DNA from: an uncultured delta proteobacterium
GTDB taxonomy: Bacteria; Desulfobacterota; RBG-13-43-22
Assembly (NCBI GenBank): GCA_963843145.1
Contig: CAWJJC010000028.1
Coordinates: 416,001 to 480,000, forward strand
Length of the DNA stretch: 64,000 nt
Reading direction: 5' to 3'
The translations under genes and the position numbers were made by a program. Under the pieces are notes generated by a model that ran no database searches, had not been told where the DNA came from, and saw nothing but the letters and a program-made list of their open reading frames with translations. Below are positions 9,473-19,028 of this stretch, one piece after another (the first letter of the stretch is position 1; each line of letters starts with the position of its first letter).

Positions 9473-9802
9473 TTATTCCAGGACCTCCATCAACTTGCCG
9501 CAGCAGGGAGGAATCCGGTCCCCCTTCTTGAGGTCCGCATATTTGTTGCAGGTCTGGCAGTAGCAGCGGCCGTCTTTATCCATATACACCTCCGCGTATT
9601 CACCGGCTCCTTTCACTTCCAAGCCTTCAATGGCGAAGCGGGCAAATTTGTTTTTCTGGGGGAGGAATTCGCCGACCGGGACCAACTTCTTACTGAAACG
9701 GACACAGTCGATCATGATTTTCCACAGCGCTTCGATTTTTTTGGTTTCGTCGGCGTTTTCCGGAGTAAATTCCACCAAATTCTTTTCGATGTTGATCTGC
9801 AT
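9473..9802 (-). CDS. Hypothetical protein with C-terminal CxxC...CCG metal-binding ribbon
   Basis: GGAGG RBS; YCQTCNK...PPCCGKLM. Confidence 0.7.
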   Translation of the reverse strand: MQINIEKNLVEFTPENADETKKIEALWKIMIDCVRFSKKLVPVGEFLPQKNKFARFAIEGLEVKGAGEYAEVYMDKDGRCYCQTCNKYADLKKGDRIPPCCGKLMEVLE

Positions 9803-10031
9803 TGGTCTACCTCCAAGTCATTATGGGTTGATTATGATCAATATAAGGGATGCCGCTCAAAAGGTCAAGGTAGGGTTAAAAAGACCTTTAACCGGGTAGC
9901 CATGTCAATAGCCTGGGCGCCGGGCCTTGTCAATCAAAGGAAAGCCGAGTCTTTGGCCACTGGATGCTTTTTCATAGGGAACCAGCCGGGTTGATGGTAT
10001 AGTGCTCTCAGGTAACTCTACCTAATCAAAG

Positions 10032-11009
10032 GTGATGAATATGCCCGATGAAATCTATCCCGATCTCTACCGGCTGGAAATCCCCCTGCCGGAGAGCCCG
10101 CTCAAAACCCTCAATTCCTATGTCCTCAAGAGTCCGGACCGGAACCTGATCATCGACACCGGACTCAATCGTCGGGAGTGCCTGGAGGCCATGCAGAGCG
10201 GCCTGGCGAAGTTGTCCGTCGATCTGAACCGAACCGATATTTTCATCACCCACTTGCACGCCGACCACTTCGGGCTGGTTAACAAGCTGGCCACGGATTC
10301 CAACCGCATTTTTTTCAGCCGTCCCGAAAAGGAGCTGATCGAATCCTGGGAAGGCTTCGAGGCCATGATCGCCTACGGCGGCCGAAACGGTTTTCCGGAA
10401 GAGCAATTGCGGGCCGCCCTGGATAAACACCCGGGGAAAAAATACGGCACCCAGTGGATACCGGACCTGAGCCTCCTGGACGACGGGGACGTCATCGAAT
10501 GCGGTCGTTATTCTTTCCGTTGCGTCACCACTCCCGGTCACACCCTGGGGCATATCTGCCTCTACGAGGCCGAGCGAAAGATTCTCATTGCCGGCGACCA
10601 TATCCTGGACGACATCACCCCCAACATTCAATGCTGGACCGATATTCAGAATCCATTAAAATGGTACCTGGCCAGCCTCGATAAAACGGCGGCCCTGGAA
10701 GTGGACCAGGTCCTGCCGGGACACCGGCGGCTCATCCGGGACCATCGCTCCCGGATCGACGAGCTGAAGAGGCACCATGAAAATCGGTTGGCGGAAGTCC
10801 TGGAAATCCTCAAAAGCGGACCCCAGAGCGCTTATCGTGTTGCCTCCCGGATGACCTGGGATATCAAGTGTGATTCCTGGGAGGCCTTCCCGGTGACCCA
10901 AAAATGGTTTGCCACCGGGGAAGCCATTTCTCATTTGAGATATCTGGAGGAGGAGGGTAAACTTCTAAAAGGGCAGGAAGGCGGAGCCATCCGATATAGT
11001 TCATCTTGA
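10032..11009 (+). CDS. Metallo-beta-lactamase-fold hydrolase
   Basis: THLHADH, TPGHTLGH, AGDH, LPGH. Confidence 0.92.
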   Translation: MMNMPDEIYPDLYRLEIPLPESPLKTLNSYVLKSPDRNLIIDTGLNRRECLEAMQSGLAKLSVDLNRTDIFITHLHADHFGLVNKLATDSNRIFFSRPEKELIESWEGFEAMIAYGGRNGFPEEQLRAALDKHPGKKYGTQWIPDLSLLDDGDVIECGRYSFRCVTTPGHTLGHICLYEAERKILIAGDHILDDITPNIQCWTDIQNPLKWYLASLDKTAALEVDQVLPGHRRLIRDHRSRIDELKRHHENRLAEVLEILKSGPQSAYRVASRMTWDIKCDSWEAFPVTQKWFATGEAISHLRYLEEEGKLLKGQEGGAIRYSSS

Positions 11010-11027
11010 ATAGAGGGGCACCCACCC

Positions 11028-12371
11028 ATGCAAAATGATGGTCAAGACGATAGTAATGGAAGGAAAGGTAAAGGGCGAACTGCTCGGCCTGGGAGGCGAT
11101 TGCCCGTCCTGATTACTTTGGGGCTGATGGTTTTCCTCTTTTGGGGACAGGATTGTCCGGCGGCAACGAATGACTTATTCCTGGAGGCGAGCTTGCCCGA
11201 TCGACTGGAGCAAGCGAATCCGCCTTTTGTTAAGCGTTCAAGAGTGGCGCAAATCAACTGGCAGGCCTTAGAGGCCGGAGCGGTTCAAGAAAACGACGAA
11301 AAGGGGAAGAAGACTGTTCGGTTGAATCTATTTCCGGACACCGCTTATACGGCTTGGGTCCGGCGAACCGAGGTCACCCCCAACCGGGAAACAATCTGGC
11401 AGGGAGGGCTGGAAGGGAACCCGGCCAGCGAAGTGACCCTGGTAACGAAGGACGGCCTCTTGGTGGGTAATGTCAGTTCTCCCGGGGGAAGGTTTCAGAT
11501 CCGCTTTCTGGGGGAGGGATTCCACCGCATTCGAGAAGTGGATCCCGGCGGCTATCCAAAGGAGGGGGATCCCATTCCGATCCTGGCGGTGGAGAATTCG
11601 GAGGAAAAAGTTCCCGAAAAGAATGAAATCTCGGGTTTATTCCAAAAGCTTTTTCTTCCGCTGGTTCTTAAGCCCCCGATAGTCGATGTAATGGTGGGGT
11701 ATACCTCGAGGGCTCTGGCAGCGGCCGGAGGAATTTCGGCCGTCAACGCCTTGATTGCCCTGGCGGTGAGTGAAACCAATACCGGTTATGCCAACAGCGG
11801 GATCGACCAGCGGATCAATCTGGTCCACACCCTGGAAGTGGCCTATTCCGAAGCCTTTTTTGATTGGGATATCACTCTGGACCGGTTGCAGGGAACGAAC
11901 GACGGATTCATGGACCAAGTGCATCCCGCGAGAGACGCCCACCGGGCGGATCTGGTGGTGCTCCTGGTAAACGATGGGCAATCATGCGGACTGGGATACC
12001 TCATGGGGACACCCCAGATATCCTTTGCTCCTTGGGGATTCAGCCTGGTCAATTGGGAATGCGCCACCGGGAATTATTCACTGGCCCATGAAATGGGGCA
12101 CAATATGGGTTGCGAACACGATCGGGCCAACGCGGGAGGTTCGGGGAGTTATCCCTATTCCTTTGGATATCAGGCCCCGGACCATTCTTTTCGGACCATT
12201 ATGGCCTATGACTGCGACTACCCGGGGGGCTGTCCTCGAATCAACTACTGGTCAAATCCCGAGGTCTTCTATAACGGCCGTCCCACCGGAGTGGTTTTTA
12301 CCTCCCCCGTTTCCGCCGATAACCGGCGGACTCTCAACAACACGGCTCCTTTTGTGGGTAATTTTCGTTAA
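11028..12371 (+). CDS. Secreted reprolysin-like metzincin (peptidyl-Asp metalloendopeptidase-like)
   Basis: Signal peptide, prodomain, HEMGHNMGCEH zinc motif, RTIMAY Met-turn. Confidence 0.88.
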   Translation: MQNDGQDDSNGRKGKGRTARPGRRLPVLITLGLMVFLFWGQDCPAATNDLFLEASLPDRLEQANPPFVKRSRVAQINWQALEAGAVQENDEKGKKTVRLNLFPDTAYTAWVRRTEVTPNRETIWQGGLEGNPASEVTLVTKDGLLVGNVSSPGGRFQIRFLGEGFHRIREVDPGGYPKEGDPIPILAVENSEEKVPEKNEISGLFQKLFLPLVLKPPIVDVMVGYTSRALAAAGGISAVNALIALAVSETNTGYANSGIDQRINLVHTLEVAYSEAFFDWDITLDRLQGTNDGFMDQVHPARDAHRADLVVLLVNDGQSCGLGYLMGTPQISFAPWGFSLVNWECATGNYSLAHEMGHNMGCEHDRANAGGSGSYPYSFGYQAPDHSFRTIMAYDCDYPGGCPRINYWSNPEVFYNGRPTGVVFTSPVSADNRRTLNNTAPFVGNFR

Positions 12372-12430
12372 GTCCTAACTAAATTTGGCGTTCGAGATTC
12401 GGCGTTTGTTTTGTTGGGGGGAGAGTGGAA

Positions 12431-12985
12431 TTAGACCGTTAGCCCCTCGCGGATATACCGCGCCCCCTCCTGCAACGCCGCGGAGTTGATGGGGATCATC
12501 TTGTGATAGCGCTTGTCCAGGGCCTTGGTCAGGGAATGGATCAACGCGTCTAAGGAGACCACCCGACTTTCTTCCACAATGGCGCCCAGCATGGCCATGT
12601 TGGCCATGTGGCTGTCGCCGGCCTTGGCGGCCAGTTCCATGGTGGGGATCGGGACGATCTTCGGACCATCCCAAGAGGCCTCTTGGGGATCGATCAGGGA
12701 AGAATTAACAAATACCGTTCCTCCCGGCTGGACCATGGGCCCGAACCGGAGCAGGGATGGTTTATTCAGCACGGCCGCCGCGACCGGGTGGTGGATAATC
12801 GGGGAGCCGATTTCCCGGTCCGAGACCACCACCGTGCAATTGGCCGTTCCGCCCCGCATTTCCACGCCGTACACCGGCATGTAGGTAACCTGCCGCCCCT
12901 CTTCCATGGCGGCATAGGCCAGAAGGTTGCCGATGAACATGACTCCCTGCCCCCCAAATCCGGCGATAATAATATCGAAATACAT
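12431..12985 (-). CDS. 2-oxoacid:ferredoxin oxidoreductase gamma subunit
   Basis: AGFGGQG, YGVEMRGGTANC, ANMAMLGA. Confidence 0.93.
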   Translation of the reverse strand: MYFDIIIAGFGGQGVMFIGNLLAYAAMEEGRQVTYMPVYGVEMRGGTANCTVVVSDREIGSPIIHHPVAAAVLNKPSLLRFGPMVQPGGTVFVNSSLIDPQEASWDGPKIVPIPTMELAAKAGDSHMANMAMLGAIVEESRVVSLDALIHSLTKALDKRYHKMIPINSAALQEGARYIREGLTV

Positions 12986-13726
12986 CTAAGCCTCCTTCTC
13001 TTTGAAAACGCCCAACGGGAAATAGGGGATCATTTCGTTCTGTATCCGCTGGTTGGCCTTTTCCGGGCTCATCTTCCAGTTGGTGGGGCAGCTCGACAAG
13101 AATTCGATAAAGGCAAAACCGAGTTTGTTGATTTGGACTTCAAAGGCTTTTTTTAACATCTTCTTGGCCGTCATCAAGTGTTTGGGGGTATGGACCGCCA
13201 CTCGGGCGGAGAAGGCCGTTCCCTCCAACACGGCCATGATCTCCGCCATTCTTATCGGATAGCCTTCGTTGTGGAAATCCCGGCCGTAGGGGCTGGTGGT
13301 GGTGGACTGCCCCAGCATGGTGGTGGGGGCCATCTGTCCCCCGGTCATGCCGTAAACGGTATTATTGACGAAGATGATGGTGACCCCTTCTCCCCGGTTG
13401 GCGCAGTGCAGGCTTTCGGCGATGCCTATGGAGGCCAGGTCTCCGTCGCCCTGATAGGTAAAAACGAAATTATCCGGGCGGGCCCGTTTGATGCCGGTGG
13501 CCACCGCCGCGGCTCGGCCGTGAGGAGACTCGCAAACATCCACGTCAAAATAATCATACATGAAGACCGAACAACCCACCGAGGCGGCGCAGATAGTCTT
13601 TTCCCGGAGATGGTAGGTATCAATACATTCCGCCACCAGGCGGTGAATGATCCCGTGATGGCAGCCCGGGCAAAAATGGAAAGGGACATCGATTAAACTC
13701 TCGGGGCGTTTGAATACTTGTTTCAT
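12986..13726 (-). CDS. 2-oxoacid:ferredoxin oxidoreductase beta (TPP-binding) subunit
   Basis: [33 protein letters not shown]. Confidence 0.94.
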   Translation of the reverse strand: MKQVFKRPESLIDVPFHFCPGCHHGIIHRLVAECIDTYHLREKTICAASVGCSVFMYDYFDVDVCESPHGRAAAVATGIKRARPDNFVFTYQGDGDLASIGIAESLHCANRGEGVTIIFVNNTVYGMTGGQMAPTTMLGQSTTTSPYGRDFHNEGYPIRMAEIMAVLEGTAFSARVAVHTPKHLMTAKKMLKKAFEVQINKLGFAFIEFLSSCPTNWKMSPEKANQRIQNEMIPYFPLGVFKEKEA

Positions 13727-14778
13727 TTTGAATACCTTTTCTTTATTTCATCGAACAATTCATTCGGCGTCGGAATCGACCCGGGCGGGCGTCCGTAAAA
13801 ATTCACATCCGCCCCTTTGTCCACCGAGAGCTTGACGTCTTCCACCATCTGGCCGGTGTTCAGTTCCACCACAAAAAAACGGCGGATGCGGCGGGACAGT
13901 TCCCGGAGGGGTTCTTCCGGATAGGGGTACAGGGTGATGGGGCGGAAAAGTCCGACCTTCATCCCTTGCTCCCGGGCCATATCGATGGAGGACTTGATGA
14001 TTCGGGCCACGGACCCGAAGGAGACCACCACCAGGTCGGCGTCTGCGATCAAATAGGTCTGGTATTCGATCTCCGCCTTCATGCGCTGGTATTTCTGGAA
14101 GAGATTCCAGTTGTGCACGGTCAACTCCCCCTCGGTCAGATAAAGGCTTTTCAGATACTGGGCTTTGCGGCCCACGGCCCCGGTCAGGGCCCAGGGCTTG
14201 GGAAATTCTTTGGGTTGGTAAGGGCGCAGAGTGACCGGTTCCTTAATCTGCCCCAGCAAGGCATCGCCCAGGACCATCACCGGGTTCCGGTACTGGTCGG
14301 CCAGGTCAAAGGCCTTCATGGTCAGGTCGTAATTCTCCTGGGCGGAAAAAGGGGCCAGGACCAGTGTCCGATAGTCTCCGTGGCCGCCCCCCCGGGTGGC
14401 CTGAAAATAATCCCCCTGGGAAGGGGAAATACCCCCCAGGCCCGGTCCGCTGCGGCTCATGTTGACGATGACCCCCGGGATCTCGGAACCGGCCATATAG
14501 GAGATTCCTTCCTGCTTTAGGGAAATGCCCGGACTGGAGGAGGAGGTCATGGCCCGGGCGCCCGTGGCCGCAGCGCCCAGAAGCATATTGATGGAGGCAA
14601 CCTCGCTCTCCGCCTGGATGAAGGTACCTCCGGCCAGTGGCAGGTGCCGGGACATGTATTCCGGGATGTCGTTCTGGGGAGTTATCGGGTAGCCGAAGTA
14701 AAAGCGGCATCCGGCGGCAATGGCCCCCATGGCAATAGCCTCATTTCCCTTTATTAAATCAGTGCTTGGGTTAGTCAT
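13723..14778 (-). CDS. vorB: 2-oxoacid:ferredoxin oxidoreductase alpha subunit, 2-oxoisovalerate (Vor) type
   Basis: [37 protein letters not shown]; start ATG 14778. Confidence 0.88.
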   Translation of the reverse strand: MTNPSTDLIKGNEAIAMGAIAAGCRFYFGYPITPQNDIPEYMSRHLPLAGGTFIQAESEVASINMLLGAAATGARAMTSSSSPGISLKQEGISYMAGSEIPGVIVNMSRSGPGLGGISPSQGDYFQATRGGGHGDYRTLVLAPFSAQENYDLTMKAFDLADQYRNPVMVLGDALLGQIKEPVTLRPYQPKEFPKPWALTGAVGRKAQYLKSLYLTEGELTVHNWNLFQKYQRMKAEIEYQTYLIADADLVVVSFGSVARIIKSSIDMAREQGMKVGLFRPITLYPYPEEPLRELSRRIRRFFVVELNTGQMVEDVKLSVDKGADVNFYGRPPGSIPTPNELFDEIKKRYSK

Positions 14779-14826
14779 TTGAACCTCTTCTTTGACACCA
14801 CGATTTTGAACCATTTGGACCTGGTT

Positions 14827-14964
14827 AAACTCGAAATCCAAAATTCGAAATCCGAAACAAGCTCAAAAGTTCGAAATTAAAAAGACCGAAACCAAAACGT
14901 TTTGAATGTTTGATATTTGGTCATTTGAAGTTGTTTCGGATTTCGGATTTCGAGTTTCGAATTT
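14827..14964. repeat. Palindromic element built of AAATCCG-type heptamers
   Basis: AAACTCG AAATCCA AAATTCG AAATCCG AAACAA ... TTGTTTCGGATTTCGGATTTCGAGTTTCGAATTT; relatives at 30051 and 53478. Confidence 0.85.
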
Positions 14965-14975
14965 AAATTATCTCA

Positions 14976-15179
14976 TTACTTCCAAACTTCTATTACGACG
15001 TCAGGACACATCTCGGCGCAGAGGGCGCAACCGGTGCAGGACGCCTCTTCTTTCAGGCAGGCCACGGTATAGCCCTGGTCGTTGATCCGGTCGCTTAAGG
15101 CTATGATTTTTTTCGGGCAGGCCAAGACGCAGAGTCGGCAGCCTTTACAGCGTTCTTCTTGAAAAGTGACTTTGGGCAT
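14976..15179 (-). CDS. 2[4Fe-4S] ferredoxin (oxidoreductase delta subunit)
   Basis: CKGCRLCVLACP and CTGCALCAEMCP; ATG 15179 with GAGG RBS. Confidence 0.93.
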   Translation of the reverse strand: MPKVTFQEERCKGCRLCVLACPKKIIALSDRINDQGYTVACLKEEASCTGCALCAEMCPDVVIEVWK

Positions 15180-15204
15180 AAAACGATTCCTCAAAAATTC
15201 TTGG

Positions 15205-16143
15205 TTAGGGATTGGCCGCAATAAAGGACTGGAAGGTCTTGACATCTTCCACGTTGGAAGCGGTATAGACAAACTCCTTGGGGAGGCATTTTTTCACTAA
15301 TCCCAGGAGGACCTTCTTGGGGCCCACCTCCAGAAAGCGGGTGAATCCGTCCGCTCGCAGTTGCTGGACGATATTGACCCAGCGGACGGGACTTCCCATC
15401 TGTCGCCCCATGATTTCTTTGATTTGTCCCGCATCCTGAACCGTATGTCCAGTCACATTTAAGTAGATCGGGCATTGGGGGAGCTGAAAGGGTAGGGCGG
15501 CCAATTCTTTCTGAAAAGACTCCTGGGCCTCCCGCATGAGCGGGCTGTGCCAGGCCCCGCTGACGGCCAGCGGAACCGCCTTCCCTCCCCGTTCCGCCAC
15601 CAGGCGGCAGGCCGCTTCCACCAGGGGCTTTGATCCGGAAATGACCGTCTGTTCCAGGGTATTGAAATTGGCGGCGCCGATGGCCCCCTGGCCCTGCAAT
15701 CCGGCCAGGATGGAATCTAATTGCTCCGTGGACAACTCTATAACGGCCGCCATGGCGCCCGGAACTTTTTGCGCCGCCTGGTCCATGAGCGCCCCGCGTA
15801 TTTTGACCAGCTTCAAGGTGTCCTCGAGGGATGTGACCCGGGCGGCATACAGGGCGGTATATTCGCCCAAACTGTGGCCGGCCACGGCGGCCGGCCGAAA
15901 CCCCAGGTCTTCCAGCACGGCCAGCGCGGCCAGATTGACCGCGGTCACCGCCGGTTGGAGGTTTCGAGTCAGGGTCAGTGCCTCCAGAGGTCCCTCGAAG
16001 CACAGCTTCCGGAGGGGCAGCTCGAGCAGCGCTTCGGCCCGCTCAAACGCTTCGCGGGCCGCGGGGTATTGATCGTGGATTTCCCGGCCCATGCCCACAT
16101 ACTGGGAACCCTGCCCTGGAAATAAGAATGCCCTATCGGCCAT
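15205..16143 (-). CDS. fabD: Malonyl-CoA:ACP transacylase
   Basis: FPGQGSQ, GHSLGE, VSGAWHS, EVGP. Confidence 0.96.
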   Translation of the reverse strand: MADRAFLFPGQGSQYVGMGREIHDQYPAAREAFERAEALLELPLRKLCFEGPLEALTLTRNLQPAVTAVNLAALAVLEDLGFRPAAVAGHSLGEYTALYAARVTSLEDTLKLVKIRGALMDQAAQKVPGAMAAVIELSTEQLDSILAGLQGQGAIGAANFNTLEQTVISGSKPLVEAACRLVAERGGKAVPLAVSGAWHSPLMREAQESFQKELAALPFQLPQCPIYLNVTGHTVQDAGQIKEIMGRQMGSPVRWVNIVQQLRADGFTRFLEVGPKKVLLGLVKKCLPKEFVYTASNVEDVKTFQSFIAANP

Positions 16144-16235
16144 GCCCCACCTCCGTCGGAAAATCTAATTTTATAAACGTAGACCGGCCTAAATTCAAGA
16201 AAAAAAAGGCTTAGCTGCGAACTTGATCCGGGGGC

Positions 16236-16340
16236 AGCAATCCCCCCGATTGGGCTTGGGGAGCGTGGTACATTAATGGGGGGATTGCTTCGTTCTGACA
16301 ATGACCAGTAATCCGGATATTTTCATGCTTCGAGGATACC
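16236..16340. repeat. REP-like hairpin (AGCAATCCCCCC/GGGGGGATTGCT) followed by a TATTTTCATGCTTCG element end
   Basis: 12-bp inverted repeat at 16236-16247 and 16278-16289; family-A end at 16318-16332. Confidence 0.7.
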
Positions 16341-16497
16341 CTACCCGTGGAAGCCAGTATAATAATTAGCATGAATGGTGCCTAATGTCAAAATTGTCCC
16401 TCCCAGGATCTGAGTTCACCCAGGAATTGTTTAAATAGGCGAATATTGCCTAGCAACTCCCCCCCAGGATCAGGTCCGATTTAACCATCCATCCTGA

Positions 16498-16526
16498 TTG
16501 ACTTTTATTTGCCTTTGGACTATTCT
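16498..16526 (+). promoter_or_regulatory. Putative sigma-70 promoter of hpt
   Basis: TTGACT-17 bp-TATTCT. Confidence 0.6.
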
Positions 16527-16553
16527 CGATTTTGAAACAAAAAGGAGCCATCC

Positions 16554-17087
16554 ATGTCCCGACCCCCCCAAAAAGAACGCCTTTTCTCCAGCCGTGAGAT
16601 TCAGAAAAGGGTGGGAGAACTGGCCCGGACCCTTTCCCGGGATTATAGGGGCCGGGAACTGGTCCTGATCGGAGTCCTGAACGGGGCCTTCATCTTCCTG
16701 GCCGATTTGGTGAAACGAATGACCATTCCGGTCCAGATAGATTTTGTTCGCTTGTCCAGTTACGGCAGCGGCAGTGAGAGCCAGGGCCGGATAAAAGTGA
16801 TCAAACCGACGGAATTTTCCCTGGCGGGGAAGTCGGTGCTGATAGTGGAGGACATCATTGATACCGGCTTGACGCTGGATTTTTTGTGCCGGTCCTTAAA
16901 AGAGCAAAATCCGGAGTCTGTCCGCATCTGCGCTTTGGTCGATAAGAGCGAACGGAGGAAACTGCCCGTGTCCATCGATTATGCGGGGTTTGTCGTTCCT
17001 TCGGGATTTATTGTCGGCTATGGCCTGGATTTCAATGAACAGTATCGGCAGCTTCCGGCTATTTATCGTTTGTTATCTTTTGGGTAG
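16554..17087 (+). CDS. hpt: Hypoxanthine phosphoribosyltransferase
   Basis: GVLNGAFIFLADL, VLIVEDIIDTGLT, FIVGYGLD. Confidence 0.96.
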   Translation: MSRPPQKERLFSSREIQKRVGELARTLSRDYRGRELVLIGVLNGAFIFLADLVKRMTIPVQIDFVRLSSYGSGSESQGRIKVIKPTEFSLAGKSVLIVEDIIDTGLTLDFLCRSLKEQNPESVRICALVDKSERRKLPVSIDYAGFVVPSGFIVGYGLDFNEQYRQLPAIYRLLSFG

Positions 17088-17114
17088 ATTATTTATGGTA
17101 TACCGCTAATTTTT

Positions 17115-17199
17115 CGTCATTCCCGAATGTCTTTATCGGGGGGCCAGTGTTCTTTGAGAAAATCCTGGATTCCCGCTCAGAAGCGCTGCGGGAATGACG
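17115..17199. repeat. CGTC-type REP-like palindromic repeat
   Basis: CGTCATTCCCG...CCAG...CTGGATTCCCG...CGGGAATGACG; relatives at 43380 and 48163. Confidence 0.8.
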
Positions 17200-17242
17200 A
17201 CTTGGTTTGAATTCGTTTTTAATTTGAACTTAGGAGAACGTC

Positions 17243-18022
17243 GTGCAGATTCAATGTCCCCAATGCGAAACGACCTTCCAATTGGATGAAAATCAATTAG
17301 GGGAAAGCGGTTCCAAGGTGCGTTGCAGTCGGTGCGGTCGGATTTTTTGGGCCGAGGCCCCGGCTAAGAAGGAAGCGCCGTCACCGGAAGAGACTACCCC
17401 GGAAGAGTCCGACCTTCCGTCGGAAGAAGAGCTTATGACCGCCTTCCAAGGACCTCCCCAGCGCCGGGTCAGAGCAATGGTCGGGTTTTTCATGCTGTTG
17501 CTGCTTTTGGTCGTTACCGTCCGCTATTCCTATCTGCAACTCCTGGAACCCGACCAGGAATTCGGCGAAACGGTCAAGAAGGTATTTTTTCTGGACTCCG
17601 ATCCGCGGGGCGCTAAAAAAATTCGCTTGCAAGAGGTCAAGGGCTACTTCAAAACCAATCCCCTGGAGGGCCGTTTTTTCGTGGTGGAGGGGAAGGTGGT
17701 GAACGGCTACAGCAACCCCCGTGATTCTATCCATCTGCGCGGGAATCTGAAAAACGCCGCTCAGCAGGTGGTGGCGACCCGGGAAGTGGTGGCCGGTTGG
17801 AGTTTGAATCCGGAGGAACTGGAGACGTTGTCCTTCGCCGAGATCAATACCCTGGCCGCCGGCCAGCCGCAACGTTTTTCTTCCAAGATTCGCCTGGCCC
17901 CAACAGCCGCAGCCCCTTTCATGATCATCTTTCCCCCTTCACCACAACCGTTGGCCGAATTTTCCGTGGAAGTTGTCGATTCGAAAAAAAGTTCGGCGGC
18001 GGCCCAATTCACCCATAAATAG
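17243..18022 (+). CDS. MJ0042-type zinc-ribbon / DUF3426-like membrane protein
   Basis: CPQCETTF...KVRCSRC, one TM helix, periplasmic domain ending PFMIIF. Confidence 0.85.
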   Translation: MQIQCPQCETTFQLDENQLGESGSKVRCSRCGRIFWAEAPAKKEAPSPEETTPEESDLPSEEELMTAFQGPPQRRVRAMVGFFMLLLLLVVTVRYSYLQLLEPDQEFGETVKKVFFLDSDPRGAKKIRLQEVKGYFKTNPLEGRFFVVEGKVVNGYSNPRDSIHLRGNLKNAAQQVVATREVVAGWSLNPEELETLSFAEINTLAAGQPQRFSSKIRLAPTAAAPFMIIFPPSPQPLAEFSVEVVDSKKSSAAAQFTHK

Positions 18023-18025
18023 GCC

Positions 18026-19027
18026 ATGTCCGTTGCCCGCTGGATTCTGATCAATTGCCTGATCTTCTCGATTATCCTCCTGGGGGGGAGCGCAGGGTTC
18101 CTCGTCATCGAAGGGCCTCACTGGAGCCTGTTGGACGCCGTGTATCAGACCATAACCACCATATCCACCGTGGGCTTCATGGAGGTCCATCCCTTGAGTC
18201 CGGCCGGCCGGATCTTTACCATCTTTCTGATCCTGGCCGGCGTCGGTTTTATTTTTTATTTCCTAGCCCGGATGACCGAGATTGTGGTTGAAGGGACGAT
18301 TAAGGATATTTATGGGAGGCGGAAATTGGATAAGAAAGTGACGCGTCTGGAAGGGCACTACATCGTTTGCGGGTACGGCCGAATCGGTCGGACGGTCACC
18401 CAACTTCTGAAAGAAAAACCCCTGGAGGTGGTAGTCATTGAAAAAGACCCGGAATACATACCCCTGTTCCAGGAAAAAGGGATTCTCTATCTTATGGGTG
18501 AGGCGACCGATGAAGACGTTCTGCTCAAGGCCGGGATCAAGAGGGCCAAGGGCCTGGTGGCTGCCGTTTCCTCCGATGCCGACAATGTCTACATCACCCT
18601 GACAGCCCGGGGATTGAATGCCCAGCTATTTATCCTGGCCCGGGCCGCCGAGGAGGCCTCCGGCCGGAAGATGCTCCGGGCCGGGGCCGATAAGGTGGTT
18701 TCGCCTTATGACATCGGGGCGCGACGTATGGCCAATACCATCCTCCGGCCGACGGTCATCGATTTCATTGAACTGGCCATGCACACTAAGAGTCTGGATC
18801 TGGCCATGGAGGAGATTACCGTTCAGGAGGGTGCCCTGCTTCATGACGTTACCCTACTGGAGGCATCCATCCGCAAGGATTATAACCTGATCGTGGTGGC
18901 CATCAAGAAGCGTTCCGGCGAGATGATCTTTAACCCCTATTCCCAGACCAAAATCCATCTGGGCGATACCCTGGTCGTCCTGGGGGACCGGGAGAACGTG
19001 TCTTTGCTGGAGAAGAAGCTGAGGTGA
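18026..19027 (+). CDS. MthK/Kch-like potassium channel with TrkA-N/TrkA-C (RCK) domains
   Basis: Pore filter TISTVGF, GYGRIG Rossmann motif, TrkA-C tail. Confidence 0.93.
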   Translation: MSVARWILINCLIFSIILLGGSAGFLVIEGPHWSLLDAVYQTITTISTVGFMEVHPLSPAGRIFTIFLILAGVGFIFYFLARMTEIVVEGTIKDIYGRRKLDKKVTRLEGHYIVCGYGRIGRTVTQLLKEKPLEVVVIEKDPEYIPLFQEKGILYLMGEATDEDVLLKAGIKRAKGLVAAVSSDADNVYITLTARGLNAQLFILARAAEEASGRKMLRAGADKVVSPYDIGARRMANTILRPTVIDFIELAMHTKSLDLAMEEITVQEGALLHDVTLLEASIRKDYNLIVVAIKKRSGEMIFNPYSQTKIHLGDTLVVLGDRENVSLLEKKLR

Positions 19028-19028
19028 G

